A stretch of 64,000 nt of DNA from the human T2T-CHM13v2.0 reference genome, Homo sapiens. A model generated the notes under the pieces. It worked only from the letters and a program-made list of their open reading frames with translations, ran no database searches and had not been told where the DNA came from. Numbering within the stretch: the first letter of the stretch is position 1; every line of letters starts with the position of its first letter. A program made the translations under genes and the position numbers. Below, one piece after another: positions 30,019 to 43,887 of the stretch. Where the stretch lies: assembly GCF_009914755.1 (NCBI RefSeq), contig NC_060936.1. One strand, written 5' to 3'.

Positions 30019-31816
30019 AAATATCAATAACACTGAAATATACTCAAGACAACTTACCATCTCTTTTGTATTACAGTGAACATTTATTTTGTCCTGGGTT
30101 CCCACATGCACTCATGGTGACCATTCCATGCAATTTAGAACTTTGGCACTGAATTATCTTTGTTAATAAATTGGGTACAGTTCAACATGAAGAAAAGCGA
30201 GCTTACCAAGAAAATTTTGGAACCCAAATACCAGAGACCTGGATCCTCATGTAACCTTCGCCTTTGATTCTTGCCTCTTCAGTTTTCACTTTTCTAAATG
30301 CAAAATGCAAGTGTTGATTCTGGTCATCTTATACTGAACACATAGGTTTTTGGTTGGTGTTGACAGGGTTAGATTTTTATAATATCCCGAGGAGTTGAAC
30401 GTTATGATCCCAAGAGAAATTAATTTATTAACCAGTTGTTCTTTAACTGATACAAAAATTAGTTACTCTTCTCCTGGATGGTTTGCACATGAACATACAG
30501 GTGCATATCTCACTTGCTATGGTACCAAACAATGACATCATAGGATGCAGAAGGAGATGGTGTCATCACAGCTGTATGACATGAAAGTTATAGGATCACA
30601 GCATCTTAGGGTAGGCAAGGACCATCAAGTTCATTAAATTCAATTACATTTCTAATGCGTGAATCACTTGTATAATATCCAATTGCTTGTTGAATCTCTT
30701 CTTCTAGAATATAAGAAAGTACTTGAAAAGGGGACCACGTAAAAGACAGGAAAACAGGAGATTTCTATTCCAAATTTCTAAGGATGCTTTTTTTTATTGC
30801 TGTTGTTTGCTAATAGATATTATGACAGTTGGTAACTAGAGAATCTCTAAGGAAGAATCTGTAACTATCAGTCTCCTACCCTTGATGTTGTGGTTCTAGT
30901 CTATTTACAGTATGCCAAATAGCTTCTTGCCCACTGGAGCTCAGAAGACCTTCTAAAGTTAGAACTTTCCAGTGTTAAAAGTTTCTACTACAAGCTAAGG
31001 GTCTGTTGTATTCCCTCAATTCTTCCTTTAAGCCGTCATATCTAAGTTAGAAACATGTGCAAGTATGTGTGTTTGTGTGTTTGTGTGTTTTTCTGTGTGT
31101 GTCCATATACTTGTGTGTGTGTGTGTGTTCTCGGTGTTTTTCTTACTTGTAGGAAAATGATGACTCTCTCCCACCCCCAATTTGGTACTAGTGGCAAAGC
31201 ATCATTTAAGAGGGCCACACACTGGTCATTTTTGTTATGAGCAAAAAATATAACTGGTCTTACACAGTTTTCCTTCCTGTTAAAAAAAGGAGTAATCTGT
31301 ATCTTCTCTACCTCCCATAGATATATTTTGACAATTACGATACCACCATCTTTCATTAGCTCATTAATCTAAATATATATGTTTCTATTACAACATTGCT
31401 TACATAACAGAGAGCCAATTTCAAAAGAAGTATGTTCACCCCATTTAACTATTCATGCTGAAGCACTGAGTTTTGCAAATAGAAAAGCCCTAAAGCTACA
31501 ACAAGATGATGACAATGATGACAGCAACAGTAACAGAGACAATACAACACTTAGACAGGCATTTGTTCCCAGTACTGGGTCTGAGGAGGACAGGTGAGAA
31601 ATAGAAATGTAACTGACTACAAGTGAGTGACTGGACCAGGGATTCCAGAGCAATTCCGCTTGCCTTTGTATTTCAAGGTTCTTGACCCTCCTCTTCAGGA
31701 GTATATTATGGGTTATTATTTTTTTTTTTTTCATTTTATCTTGTGGCAAAAGTATAAATGTGGTCTCTGAAGAGAGGTCATTATTTTAAAAGGTCTGAGA
31801 AGCTTTAAAAAAGCTG

Positions 31817-32154
31817 TGATCCCACCCAAATCTCAACTTGAATTGTATCTCCCAGAATTCCCACGTGTTGTGGGAGGGACCCAGGGAAATGTAATTGAAT
31901 CATGAGGGCCGGTCTTTCCCGTGCTATTCTCGTGATAGTGAATAAGTCTCATGAGATCTAATGGGTTTATCAGGGGTTCCTGCTTTTGCTTCTTCCTCAT
32001 TTTCTCTTGCTGCTGCCATGTAAGAAGTGCCTTTTTCCTCCTGCCATGATTCTGAGGCATCCCCAGCCATGTGGAACTGTAAGTTCAAGTAAACCTCTTG
32101 TTTTCCCTAGTGTCAGGTATGTCTTTATCAACAGTGTGAAAATGGACTAATACA
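31817..32154 (+). mobile_element. THE1A/B-like solo LTR with a small 5' internal deletion
   Basis: tgat...cccacccaaatctcaacttgaattgtatctcccagaattccc...aatggactaataca; TSD agctg. Confidence 0.9.
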
Positions 32155-32246
32155 AGCTGGATAGAAACTCTGCCTTGATTAGCTATGAAACCAATATTGC
32201 CAAAGCACCTTTTTTTTTTTTTTTTTTTTGGATGTTCAGATAGTTC

Positions 32247-33547
32247 TTTTTTTTTTTTAATACTTTAAGTTCTAGGGTACATGTGCACAATGTGCAGGTT
32301 TGTTACATATGTATACATGTGCCATGTTGGTGTGCTGCTCCCATTAACTCATCATTTACATTAGGTATATCTCTTAATGCTATCCCTCCCCCTTCCCCCC
32401 ACCCTACCACAGGCCCTGGTGTGTGATGTTCCCCTTCCTGTGTCCAAGTGTTCTCATTGTTCACTTCCCACCCATGAGTGAGAACATGTGGTGTTTGGTT
32501 TTTTGTCCTTGCGATGGTTTGCTGAGAATGATGGTTTCCAGCTTCATCCATGTCCCTACAAAGGACATGAACTCATCCTTTTTTATGGCTGCATAGTATT
32601 CCATGGTGTATATGTGCCACATTTTCTTAATCCAGTCTATCATTGATGGACATTTGGGTTGATTCCAAGTCTTTACTATTGTGAATAGTGCCTCAGTAAA
32701 CATACGTGTGCATGTGTCTTTATAGCAGCATGATTTATAATCCTTTGGGTATATACCCGGTAATGGGATGCCTGGGTCAAATGGTATTTCTAGTTCTAGA
32801 TGCTTGAGGAATCGCCACACTGACTTCCACAGTGGTTGAACTAGTTTACGGTCCCACCAACAGTGTAAAAGTGTTCCTATTTCTCCACATCCTCTCCAGC
32901 ACCTGTTGTTTCCTGACTTTTTAATGATCACCATTCTAACTGGTATGAGATGGTATATCATTGTGGTTTTGATTTGCATTTCTCTGATGGCCAGTGATGA
33001 TGAGCATTTTTTCATGTGTCTGTTGGCTGCATAAATGTCTTCTTTTGAGAAGTGTCTGTTCATATCCTTTGCCCACTTTGTGATGGGGTTGTTTGTTTTT
33101 TTCTTGTAAATTTGTTTTGAGTTTTTGTAGATTCTGGATATTAGCCCTTTGTCAGATGAGTAGATTGCAAAAATTTTCTCCCATTCTGTAGGTTGCCTGT
33201 TCACTCTGATGGTAGTTTCTTTTGCTGTGCAGAAGCTCTTTAGTTTAATTATATCCCATTTGTCAATTTTGTCTTTTGTTGCCATTGCTTTTGGCGTTTT
33301 AGACATGAAGCCCTTGCCCATGCCTATGTCCTGAATGGTGTTGCCTAGGTTTTCTTCTAGGGTTTTTATGGTTTTAGGTCTAACATTTAAGTCTTTAATC
33401 CATCTTGAATTAATTTTTGTATAAGGTGTAAGGAAGGGATCTAGTTTTCTACAAACTTTTCAGAAAGCTGAAAGTTTCAGCTTTCTACATATGGCTAGCC
33501 AGTTTCACAGCACCATTTATTAAATAAGGAATCCTTCCCCATTTCTT
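32247..33547 (-). mobile_element. 5'-truncated primate L1PA (about 1.3 kb): ORF2 C-terminus plus 3'UTR
   Basis: The 286-aa ORF at 32461-33321 is the L1 ORF2p C-terminal region, including the cysteine-rich motif [16 protein letters not shown]; canonical L1PA 3'UTR and poly(A). Confidence 0.97.
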
Positions 33548-36500
33548 ATCTAAATCTAATGAGGGGAAGGAACCTTTCATATCCCACTGTTTCCCACAAT
33601 TTGGACATAGTATTTTCAGTTTACATACATTTTTATGTGAGTGATGGATTGTTGAATGCTAATACTAGAATTTTATCATAACATTATCAATGTTCTGTTT
33701 TGAAGAAGACTTTGCTGCATTCTTAGAGTTTTAGGGTAATTTAAAATTATTATTGTCTCCAGATGAACTTATCTCCAAATGAATAGTGGAACTCAATGAG
33801 AAAATAAGGCTCAGTGTCTAGAACATCTCTACACAGTCAACCTTTTAAATACTTATTTGTTCTGTATTTGAGAAATATGGGTAATAGACATAAAAGGTAA
33901 TCTGAGAGTAAAGGCATTATATAAATTCCAAGAAGAGCTTAATAGTAAGAAGAATGATATGATTTATTGAATTTCTATGACATACCAGGTAGTCTGCCAA
34001 TACTTTTCTCTATCCTGTCTCCAGTCTTTACCGTAGCCTGACCATCACCACTTCAAGCTTGGTATGCTTAAGTGGCTCACCCAAGTCACACAGTTAGAAG
34101 TACTAGATTTGGAACTCAGAGTTTATACCCTGCTTATGCCATACTGTGGTCTTTATTTAAAGATTGTGGTGTGTCCTGGGTGAGTTTTGATAGGAGGACA
34201 GTAAATTTTATAAAGCAAAATACCCACCTACAAGGTATCCAAATTAGTATTGTGGCTATTTAAGACTGTAACTTGGGAGAGAAGTTGAAGCTGGTGATAC
34301 AAATTTTGTGGTCACCTGCATAGATGCCAAAGCTAAAGATTAGAACTGAGATCACTGCAGGAAGACATAGGAAGAATGGAACACAAACCAATATTCTAAA
34401 GAATGCTAACAGGTAAGTGGGTGGGATAAAAGAATGAGCCTCTGATCCACAAGAAAGCCAAGAAACAAGATATGGGTAGTATCCTTATCCACTACTTACA
34501 GATCAGGAACCTGCAATACAAAGAGAGAAGTGACTTGTTCAAGGTCACACATCAAATCAGCATCCAACCTGGGACCATAAACCATGGTCCATGTCCACCA
34601 ACCCATTGCTTTTTGCCCCACAACTTTAAAATACAGCCCTTTTGTCTTCCTCAGCCCATTATTTGCTCCCCAGCGGGTGAGAATAGATAAATTCTGAAGA
34701 TAGCACTCCAAACCAGCCTGGGCTTCCAACTCTGTTGATCTGACAGCTTCCTGGTTCCCTTCTGAAATGAGCCCAAGTTAAGTATTGGTGTACATGGAGG
34801 GCAGGAAGGCAGATAGTAGGGGGAAGCGGGAGTAAGCATTAATTTTCTCATTTAATTAACTGCATTCAACAGAACTAATGCCATAAGCAACTTACTAAAG
34901 GCCAGTAATACATCCCTAAGGAAATACTTGGGGCCCAATTTTTTGGCCCATTAGTGACCACAAGAATAGCTTCATACATCCAGGTCTGTCAAAGCCAGAA
35001 GAAAAATGTGTATAATTGGAAAAAGTTTGAAAACAATCCTGGATAATAAATCACACTTACTCAGCTCTTTTGTCCTTCCAACTCTATAGCTAGCATCACA
35101 TTTCATAAGGGAGACATGGAGAAGAGGCAAACACTGAAAGGGAACCTTTACTTATTAGACACCAGAGGGAAGCCTCCGTGATCAGTGGAATCAGCTGTTT
35201 ACATAGATTCCACTAACTTGAAGGGTGTGTCATGCTGAGAGGAGGCTATGGCTGCCTGCTTCCGTCATGGTCCAGAACAGGGCCCCACAGTTTGACCCTT
35301 ATCTACAGGAAAGTTGGCAGGAGGAGCTTAACAAAATCTCTTCTAATTAGGTGTTCTGATAATCTTCTAAATTCCCTCATGCAAAAGCCAGCTACCTACC
35401 TCATTTCCTTGGACAGCCTGGAGTTATAATCTTCTCGACATTTATTGGATCTTCCTCCCTGGGAGATAGCTGCTCAGTAAAAGGAAGATGAAGTGGGGCT
35501 CCGCTGCTTACCAAGTGCATTTAACACACATTAGCGTCTTGCGTGGATGGAAACCAGCTGGAATAATTTTGTCAGGGAGTGCCAAGCTTTAGTCTGTTGT
35601 AGATCTTGAAGTGGATTCTCCCTGCTTGCTGGGATGAGGTCTTCGGATGTTAGTTTATGCCACTGCCAGTGATGCATGAATTCGGTCACTCAGTCTTCAT
35701 CCACAAAGACATTGTGAGCCTCATACTTTTAAGCCCAAGACTCCTAGGGGAGGGAGAGGCACCGATGCAGCTTGACATCCCTGTGAAGAGGTTCTCATCA
35801 TAGTCCTCCACCTGTAGCTCAATTTGTCTACTCATCTACCACGTACAGTGGTTTTTCCTGCCATTTCTCATGTGGACACATGTCCAACATGAGCTAGCAA
35901 GTCCATATACGTGTGTGGTACAGTGCAGGACAGGAAAGACTTTGCTCCCAAGAAGCACATTCTCTAGAAGTGGCCTCTTCTCAATATTGTTGAAATCGTC
36001 TCTTCACCTCACATTTTTTTGACCTATTAGGAAAGTAAAGGTCAGTGTGTTGATTACTCCATTGGAACATTCAGCAGCCAGACCAAGAAGCAGTCCGTGG
36101 GCAATGGCTTCATGCAAGGGCACCCCCAATGTTAGAACCGGGAGTCATTTCTGGATGCCAGGAAACCCTTGGAATGTGATTCGAGGGTCCTTTTCATCTT
36201 TCTGAGTCCCTCGCTCTGCATTTTTTAAAGCCTTGCTGAGAAGGCAAGCTCTGGGGAAGCAGGAGCCTGGCCTGTTCTGTTCATTCCTGTGTGTGCACAT
36301 CACATACATGCCTGAGTAAATATTGTTGAATAAAGGGATGAAGGAAACCAGAAATGCTGCTATTTGCAGATGAATTTCTGTGGGTCATCAGAGCTTTAAG
36401 GCAAATATCTCTGAGAAATAGGTCACAGTTTCCACTTTCTCAACTCATGATGCTGCGGATTTTCAAAATTTGTTTCATCTTTTTGAACAAGGGAAACTTT

Positions 36501-36616
36501 AAAAAAAATTCTTTATTTTAGGTTCAGGAATACATGTGCAGGTTTGTTAAATGGATAAATTGCGTGTCACAGGGGTTTGGTGTACAGATTATTTCATCAC
36601 CCAGGAAATGAGCATA

Positions 36617-36969
36617 TGTATTAGTCTGTTCTCACACTGCTATGAGGAAATACCCGAGACTGGGTAATTTATAAGAAAAGTGGTTTAATAGGCTCACAGT
36701 TCTGCATGGCTGGGTAGGACTCAGGAAACTTACAATCATGGTGGAAGGCACCTCTTCACAGGGCAGCAGGAGAGAGAATGAGTGCTGAGTGAAGGGGGAA
36801 TCTACTTATAAAACCATCAGATCTCCTGAGAACTCACTCACTATCACAAGAATAGAATGGGGGAAACTGCCCCTATGATCTCCCACTGGGTCCCTCCCAT
36901 GACATGGGGGAATTATGGAAACTACAATTCAAGATGAGATTTGGGTGGGGACACAGCCAAACCATATCA
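36617..36969 (-). mobile_element. THE1D/MST-type LTR inside L1
   Basis: tgtattagtctgttctcac...cagccaaaccatatca; TSD gcata. Confidence 0.92.
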
Positions 36970-37076
36970 GCATAGTACCTAATAGGTAGTTTTTTGATCC
37001 TCTCCCTCATCCATCCTCAAGTAGGCCCCAGTGTTGGTTGTTCCCTTCTTTGTGTCCATGTGTTCTCATTGTTTAG

Positions 37077-37548
<472 letters not shown>

Positions 37549-37887
37549 AATCTTATTATTTTTCATGGCCGCGGAGTATTCCACAGTGTGTATATACTAC
37601 ATTTTCTTTATCCAGTCTACTGTTGATGGGCATTTAGGTTGATTACATGTCTTTACTATACTGAATAGTGCTGCAATGTACATACATATGCATGTGTTTT
37701 TATGTTAGAATGATTTGTATTCCTTTGGGTATCCACCCAATAATGGGATTTCTGGTTAGAATGGTAATTCTGTTTTAAGTTCTTCAAGTAATCACTACAC
37801 TGCTTTCCACATTGACTGACCTAATTTACTTTCCCACCAGCAGTGTATAAGCATTCCAGCAAGGGAAACTTTTAACAGTAACATGAA

Positions 37888-38242
37888 TGTGTTAGTCTGT
37901 TCTCACACTGTTAATAAAGACACACCTGAGACTGGGTAATTTACAACGGAAAGATGTTTAATTGACTCATGGTTCCACATGGCTGGGAGGCCTCACAATC
38001 ATGGTGGAAGGTGAATGAGTAGCAAAGTCATGCCTTACATGGCAGCAGGCAGGAGGACTTGTGTAGGGGAACTCCCATTTGTAAAAGCATCAGGTCTCAT
38101 GAGACTTTTTCACTACCACAAGAAAAGTATGAGGGAAACTGTCCCCATGATTCGATTACCTCCACCTGGCCCCATCCTTGACACATGGGAGTTATTACAA
38201 TTCAAGGTGACATTTTGGTGGGGACACAGCCAAACCATATCA
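37888..38242 (-). mobile_element. MSTA/THE1D-type solo LTR
   Basis: tgtgttagtctgttctcacactg...cagccaaaccatatca. Confidence 0.9.
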
Positions 38243-38247
38243 ACGGA

Positions 38248-38347
38248 TCACAGTCTTTTCGTGAAGAATAAAGATAATGTGTGTTTATTTGGGAATGTGG
38301 TGTATACTCAGTAGCCATTATCTTTATTCTTCACAATAAGACTGTGA
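38248..38347. repeat. Inverted repeat with 32-bp arms (30/32 complementary) and a 36-bp spacer
   Basis: Left arm tcacagtcttttcgtgaagaataaagataatg; reverse complement of right arm tcacagtcttattgtgaagaataaagataatg. Confidence 0.95.
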
Positions 38348-38767
38348 GTAGAATAACAACCTGACCTGACCAGTGGGGAACCTGAATCTTAGAGAAATTA
38401 GATAATTTGCCTAAGGTAACCCAGTTAGCCAGTGGTAGGTTTTAATCCAGATTATTTGAGAGCAAGCTTGTACTTGTCAGACACCAGGGGAAGGTCTCAG
38501 GGTAGAGGGAAATCAACTATTTATTTGGATTCAACCAATTTAAATGCTGTTTAAGGCTAAGGGCTCCTGTTTCCTTTTGCAAAAACGGGTGTTCTTTCTT
38601 CTACAAAGTGTAGTCCATGGCCAGCAACCTTCACATCAGAGAGCTTATTGGAAATGCAGAGTCTTGGACTTTAACTCAACCCTAATGAATCAGAATCTGC
38701 TTTTTAACAAGATCCCCACATGATTTGTATGTACATTAAAGGTTGAGAAGCACTGGTCTACACCACA

Positions 38768-38778
38768 ACACACACACA

Positions 38779-38825
<47 letters not shown>
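38768..38825. repeat. (CA)n microsatellite following a MER5-like element (about 38610-38760)
   Basis: Read directly. Confidence 0.95.
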
Positions 38826-38826
<1 letters not shown>

Positions 38827-39623
38827 AGCAGCAGCAAGTTCTGAGGGAAGAAGTAAGTACAGAGATAAAAATTTGGAGTGCAGTCTGTGCTCAAAGAAGG
38901 AAGGCCTGTTCTGTAGCCACTGCATTGCTGAGAACTAAGAAGTGAGTAGGTAATGGACACAGTGTGGAGTACTGGATCTTTTACTGGTGACAGCAGCATT
39001 TCTACCTTAGCACAATAAACACTTTGGTTCAACCAAAGGGGTTGTTTCTCAAGCATGCATTTGGGGCTTAAGCTTCCATTGGGGTGGACAGCTTGCCGTG
39101 GTTTACCCAGGACTTTCCTGTAAGTCCTGCATCCTGAGAAAATCTTCTATTCTGAAAAAACCATGACGGTTGGTTATCCTAGCATCTATCTCTTTTCCTA
39201 AAGGGGCAAATAATAAAATTACCTTAGACTTAGATTCTGGAGATCTGAGTTCAGCTTCCAGGATCATCACCTATTATTGCTATTATCATACATGAGCCAC
39301 TTAAACTTCTCTTTTTCTTATCTGCATAATGAAGCTAATACCAAGCTCCTTTGGTAGCTGAAGAATAAATTAAAAGCTATAGATGTTAAGATCATCAAGA
39401 CAGGGATGATTTATATTCTATCTTCGTAGCCCTGAATGAAAGTTTGTGAATGCACTTTGTGAACTATGACATAATCTTGTATCCAAGATGTTGCCAGTGT
39501 TATAAGAATGTATCTCTCTTGAATACCTCTCTGTCAAATTCTATACAGTCTGTACTGCTCTGATGAATCCTAGTCTCCTCAGAGAAGTCTCCTAACTCAC
39601 TCCAGCTATAGTGGCTTCTCTCA

Positions 39624-39992
<369 letters not shown>

Positions 39993-40359
39993 TCTGTGTT
40001 CTGGAGACTTGGCTTCACCACTTAATATTCAAGTGACTTTGGACAAGTTACTTAACCTTGTGAAGTTCAATTGTTTCAGTGGTAAAATGGGAGCAATCAT
40101 AATAGTACCTGTCTAATTTATAGTTGGGTGTATGGAATAAGATAGTTAAATCTATGCGTACCATAAACTAAAGGCTTAGATATGTTAGTTGCTCTGCTCT
40201 GAAATATATTTAATGCTTACTTTCTTAGAATCCTAATTCTTATAGGACCTGCAACTTGGGGATGGAGTCTCTTGTAATAATAATCTTTTTTCAACTTTTT
40301 ATGTGTTTACTTTGTTCCTAGATTGTAAACACTTTCAGGTTAATAATAATGATATTATC

Positions 40360-40671
40360 GGCCATGCAGTGGTTCATGCCTGTAATCCCAGCACTTTGGG
40401 AGGGTGAGACAGGTGGATTGCTTGAGGTCAGGAGTTCAAGACCAGCCTGGCCAACATGGCAAAACCCTGTCTTTCCTAAAAATAAAAATAAAAAAAATTA
40501 GCTGGGTGTGGTGGCCGGTGCCTGTAATCCCAGCTACTCCGGAGGCTGAGGCAGGAGAGTCACTTGAACCTGGGAGCTGTAGTGAGCTGAGATCATGCCG
40601 CTGTACTCCAGCCTGGGTGACATAGCAAGACTCCGTCTCAAAATAAAATAATAGTAATAATAACAATAATA
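40360..40671 (+). mobile_element. AluS-like element
   Basis: gaggtcaggagttcaagaccagcctggccaacatgg; (AAT)n-like tail. Confidence 0.92.
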
Positions 40672-41074
40672 TCTAGACCACCTCCTCTGAGACCAGCAGC
40701 TGTAATAGCATTTTGAGCACTTGTCGTGTGCCAGGCACTATGTAAAGCAAATTGCCATCAGTGAGTGAGCACCTATTGTGAAGCAGGTACTTTACTTAGG
40801 TTACCTCATTAACTTTTAAGACATCCCCATGTGGTAGAAATTATTAGCCCCATTTTGCCGATGACTTTTGATGATATGGAAATTAAGTAACTTTCCTGTC
40901 AGCCACACAGCTGGGACTCAAACTAAAGACCATTTTATTCCGAAGCTCATGCCAGCCACACAACTGAGATTCAAACTAATGACTGTCTGATTCCAAAGCT
41001 CATGCCATTTCTATGTTGCTCAGGGATCCCCAGACCATCTAGTAGTTCTCTGCAAACACATAATAAAGTAGTGC

Positions 41075-41232
41075 TTCTCAAATGTTAATATAGATATTAA
41101 TCACCTGGAGATCTTGATGAACTTCAGATGCTGGTTCAGTAAATCTGGAATGGACCCGAGGTTCTGCCTTTTTAGCAAGTTTCCAGGTGGTACTGATGCT
41201 GCGGTCCAGGGACCACACTTTGAGTAGCAAGG
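41075..41232. mobile_element. MER5A-like hAT element
   Basis: atcacctggagatcttg...ggttcagtaaatctggaatggacccgag...gatgctgcggtccagggaccacactttgagtagca. Confidence 0.75.
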
Positions 41233-42009
41233 CTGCATTATTTACTTTCCAATGGGTTGGTTCATAGGTGAAGTCTCTAGGATCTGCATCTTCTGCAGTT
41301 CTTGGGGCTAGGTCTAGGGAAGGTGTGAGAGTGGCAGGAGGAGGATATTTGGTGGAACTGAGTAAGTAACCAGTCATATTAAGAACCCAGTTCTTAACTG
41401 GGGTGGTCATAATTTGGGACTACTTTTATCTATTTCTCTTAAATTCTGTGGCATTGGATATTCATCAGATATCCCCAATGATCACAATCACCTGGCGTAT
41501 TTGTAAACCAAAACACTTCCAAGGACTCTCTCCCGGGATGGGGCCTAGTAATTTGTAATTTTACAAGTACTTCAGAAAAGTCTGAAAAACACTGAAAGTG
41601 CTATAGAAATTGCAAAGAGCAGGCAATAAATGAGGGGTGATGTAATCAAAGAAGGCTTGGCTGGTAGGGGTCGGGAGGTTGCAGGGGGCCTGGTTAGGGG
41701 ATGGAGCTCAGCCCTGCAGAATGAGAGAGTTCTAAAAGGGCAAAAGACGGTGGGAAGAGTGCTGGGTGGTGGTGGGGCACATAAACAAGGGTATGAAGAT
41801 TGGTTCTGCATTTTTTCAGATTCAGTTTAAGGCCTACTGGATTTTGTTTGAAATGCTGTATAAACATCGTGTACATGGGTACATTAAAAATATTATAATA
41901 AAAGATTTTAAAAATATTGGTTATATACTCGAGTGACACCAAAGTCACATGCAACCAGAAGTTTGCATAGTATAATAAACCTTAAAAATTGCTGTGTTTC
42001 CAACTGCTG

Positions 42010-42680
42010 GATGAAAACATACATCGGAATGGCTAAAGTTAAAAAGCCCAATGATACAAGAGCTGGTGAAAACGCAAAACCCAATAGGAATTCTCACTCA
42101 TTGGTATAAATTGGTACAACCACTTTGGACAATTCTTTTATGGTGCCTATCCACGCTGAAATATGCCTTTCCTATGACCCAAGAATTTTACTTCTAGATA
42201 TAAATCAAACAGAAATTCCTACATTTCTAAGAACACCTAAAGTCTGAACAAGAATTTCATGGCAGCATTATGTATAATGGCCCCAAGCTGAAAATAAATT
42301 AGATTTTCTTCAATAGTAGAATAAAAATATAATATTTCATCATAAGAATATAGCACATTCTTATGATAAAATATTATATTGTAGTAAAATTGATTATTGC
42401 AAAAAGTAGATACAGAAAGTATATTCAATAGGTTTCATTTTATATGAAGTTGAAAAACAGATAAAACCAAACTATGGTGTTAGAAACCAAGATATGGCTA
42501 TCTTTGGGGAATTGGAGGGGGCAAAAACCTAGGAGTGGCATGGTAGGGGGGCTTATGGAGTACTGATAATATTCTATTTCTTAACCTGGGTGGTGGTTAT
42601 ATGAATATGTTCATTTTAAGATAATTTATTCATCCGTACACTTAACAAATGTGTTTTTTCTATTAAAATATCCTATTTCA
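42010..42680 (+). mobile_element. Ancient L1 (L1ME/MD-like) 3' region
   Basis: aaattggtacaaccactttggac...cctatgacccaagaattttacttctag...attctatttcttaacctgggtggtggttatatg. Confidence 0.7.
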
Positions 42681-42720
42681 AGAAAACACATGGGCAGGCA
42701 CACATGTATGCACATGCAGG

Positions 42721-42766
<46 letters not shown>

Positions 42767-43587
42767 TGGCATTTTAAAAAGAAGGGAGAAGACCCCACTC
42801 ACAGGAATTTCTATGCTAGGTTTGCACTGGCTCTATTTCTCAAAACTCATCTCTGGGACAAAACATTCAACTGACATTTGAGGATTTCTTTTCTCCCCCA
42901 ATCATGTGGTATAATGTTTGGCAAATGGAAATGACACTGGTTCTTCCCAAACCATGTATTTCTGTAAGAAACAGCCCATGGGCCACATTCATCTTCCCCT
43001 TGGAGAGGTATTTAAGCATCACTCAACCCTGTGGAGTAGGCTTATTCTTGATTGGGAGAAACAGCCAACACTCATTGCCTCTGGAAACTTGCCCTGAACA
43101 TTGAGTATCATGGAGATTTCTCAACAAAGCATGGTCAATCTTGTGAATAACTTGGTGAACTTGGTGATCACATGTTTCCACTCTCCATCTATTCACCACC
43201 TTCCCATGAACATGTACGTGCCTATTTGTTCTGGCTTTTGCAACCAACCTTGCAAAATCTATCTTCTACAGCTCCCAAGGCATGAGGGTTTGTTTTTTTT
43301 TCCCGATTACCCTGCTGGCTTAGTCCTGGCTTCATCTTCAAGCCAGAGGCCTGGGTGGTCTTTGAGAAATCAGAGGAAAGGTCATTAATGAGAGATCATC
43401 TCTCAAAAGTGATCTTTTATGAAGTCGCAGGCTAAAACCTCCCTGGAGTCTTGTCTTCTCCTAGTTAGGTAAAGATAGTATCACATGAGCTTGGGCAAGA
43501 AGTTGGAGGAGCTCTGAAATGATGAAAATGCAAATGAGAGTCTCAAAATAATCCAAAGCAAATAATTTATTTTAATAAGTTAGCCAA

Positions 43588-43887
43588 GGCCAGGCGCAGT
43601 GGCTTACGTCTGTAATCCCAGCACTTTGTGAGACCGAGGCAGTCGGATCACGAGGTCAGGAGATCGAAACCATCCTGGCTAACATGGTGAAACCCTATCT
43701 CTACTAAAAATACAAAAACAAAATTAGCCGGGTGTGGTGGCGGGCACCTGTATTCCCAGCTACTCGGGAGGCTGAGGCAGGAGAACGGCGTGAACCCAGG
43801 AGGCGGAGCATGCAATAAGCCGAGATCACGTCACTGCACTCCAGCCTGGGTGACAGAGCGAGACAATATCTGAAAAAAAAAAAAAAA
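43588..43887 (+). mobile_element. AluY-like element
   Basis: gatcacgaggtcaggagatcga and ggcgtgaacccaggaggcggagc; TSD aagttagc. Confidence 0.95.

Noticed and set aside
32461-33321. 286-aa ORF as a host gene
   Set aside because: It is the C-terminus of L1 ORF2p in a 5'-truncated L1PA copy.
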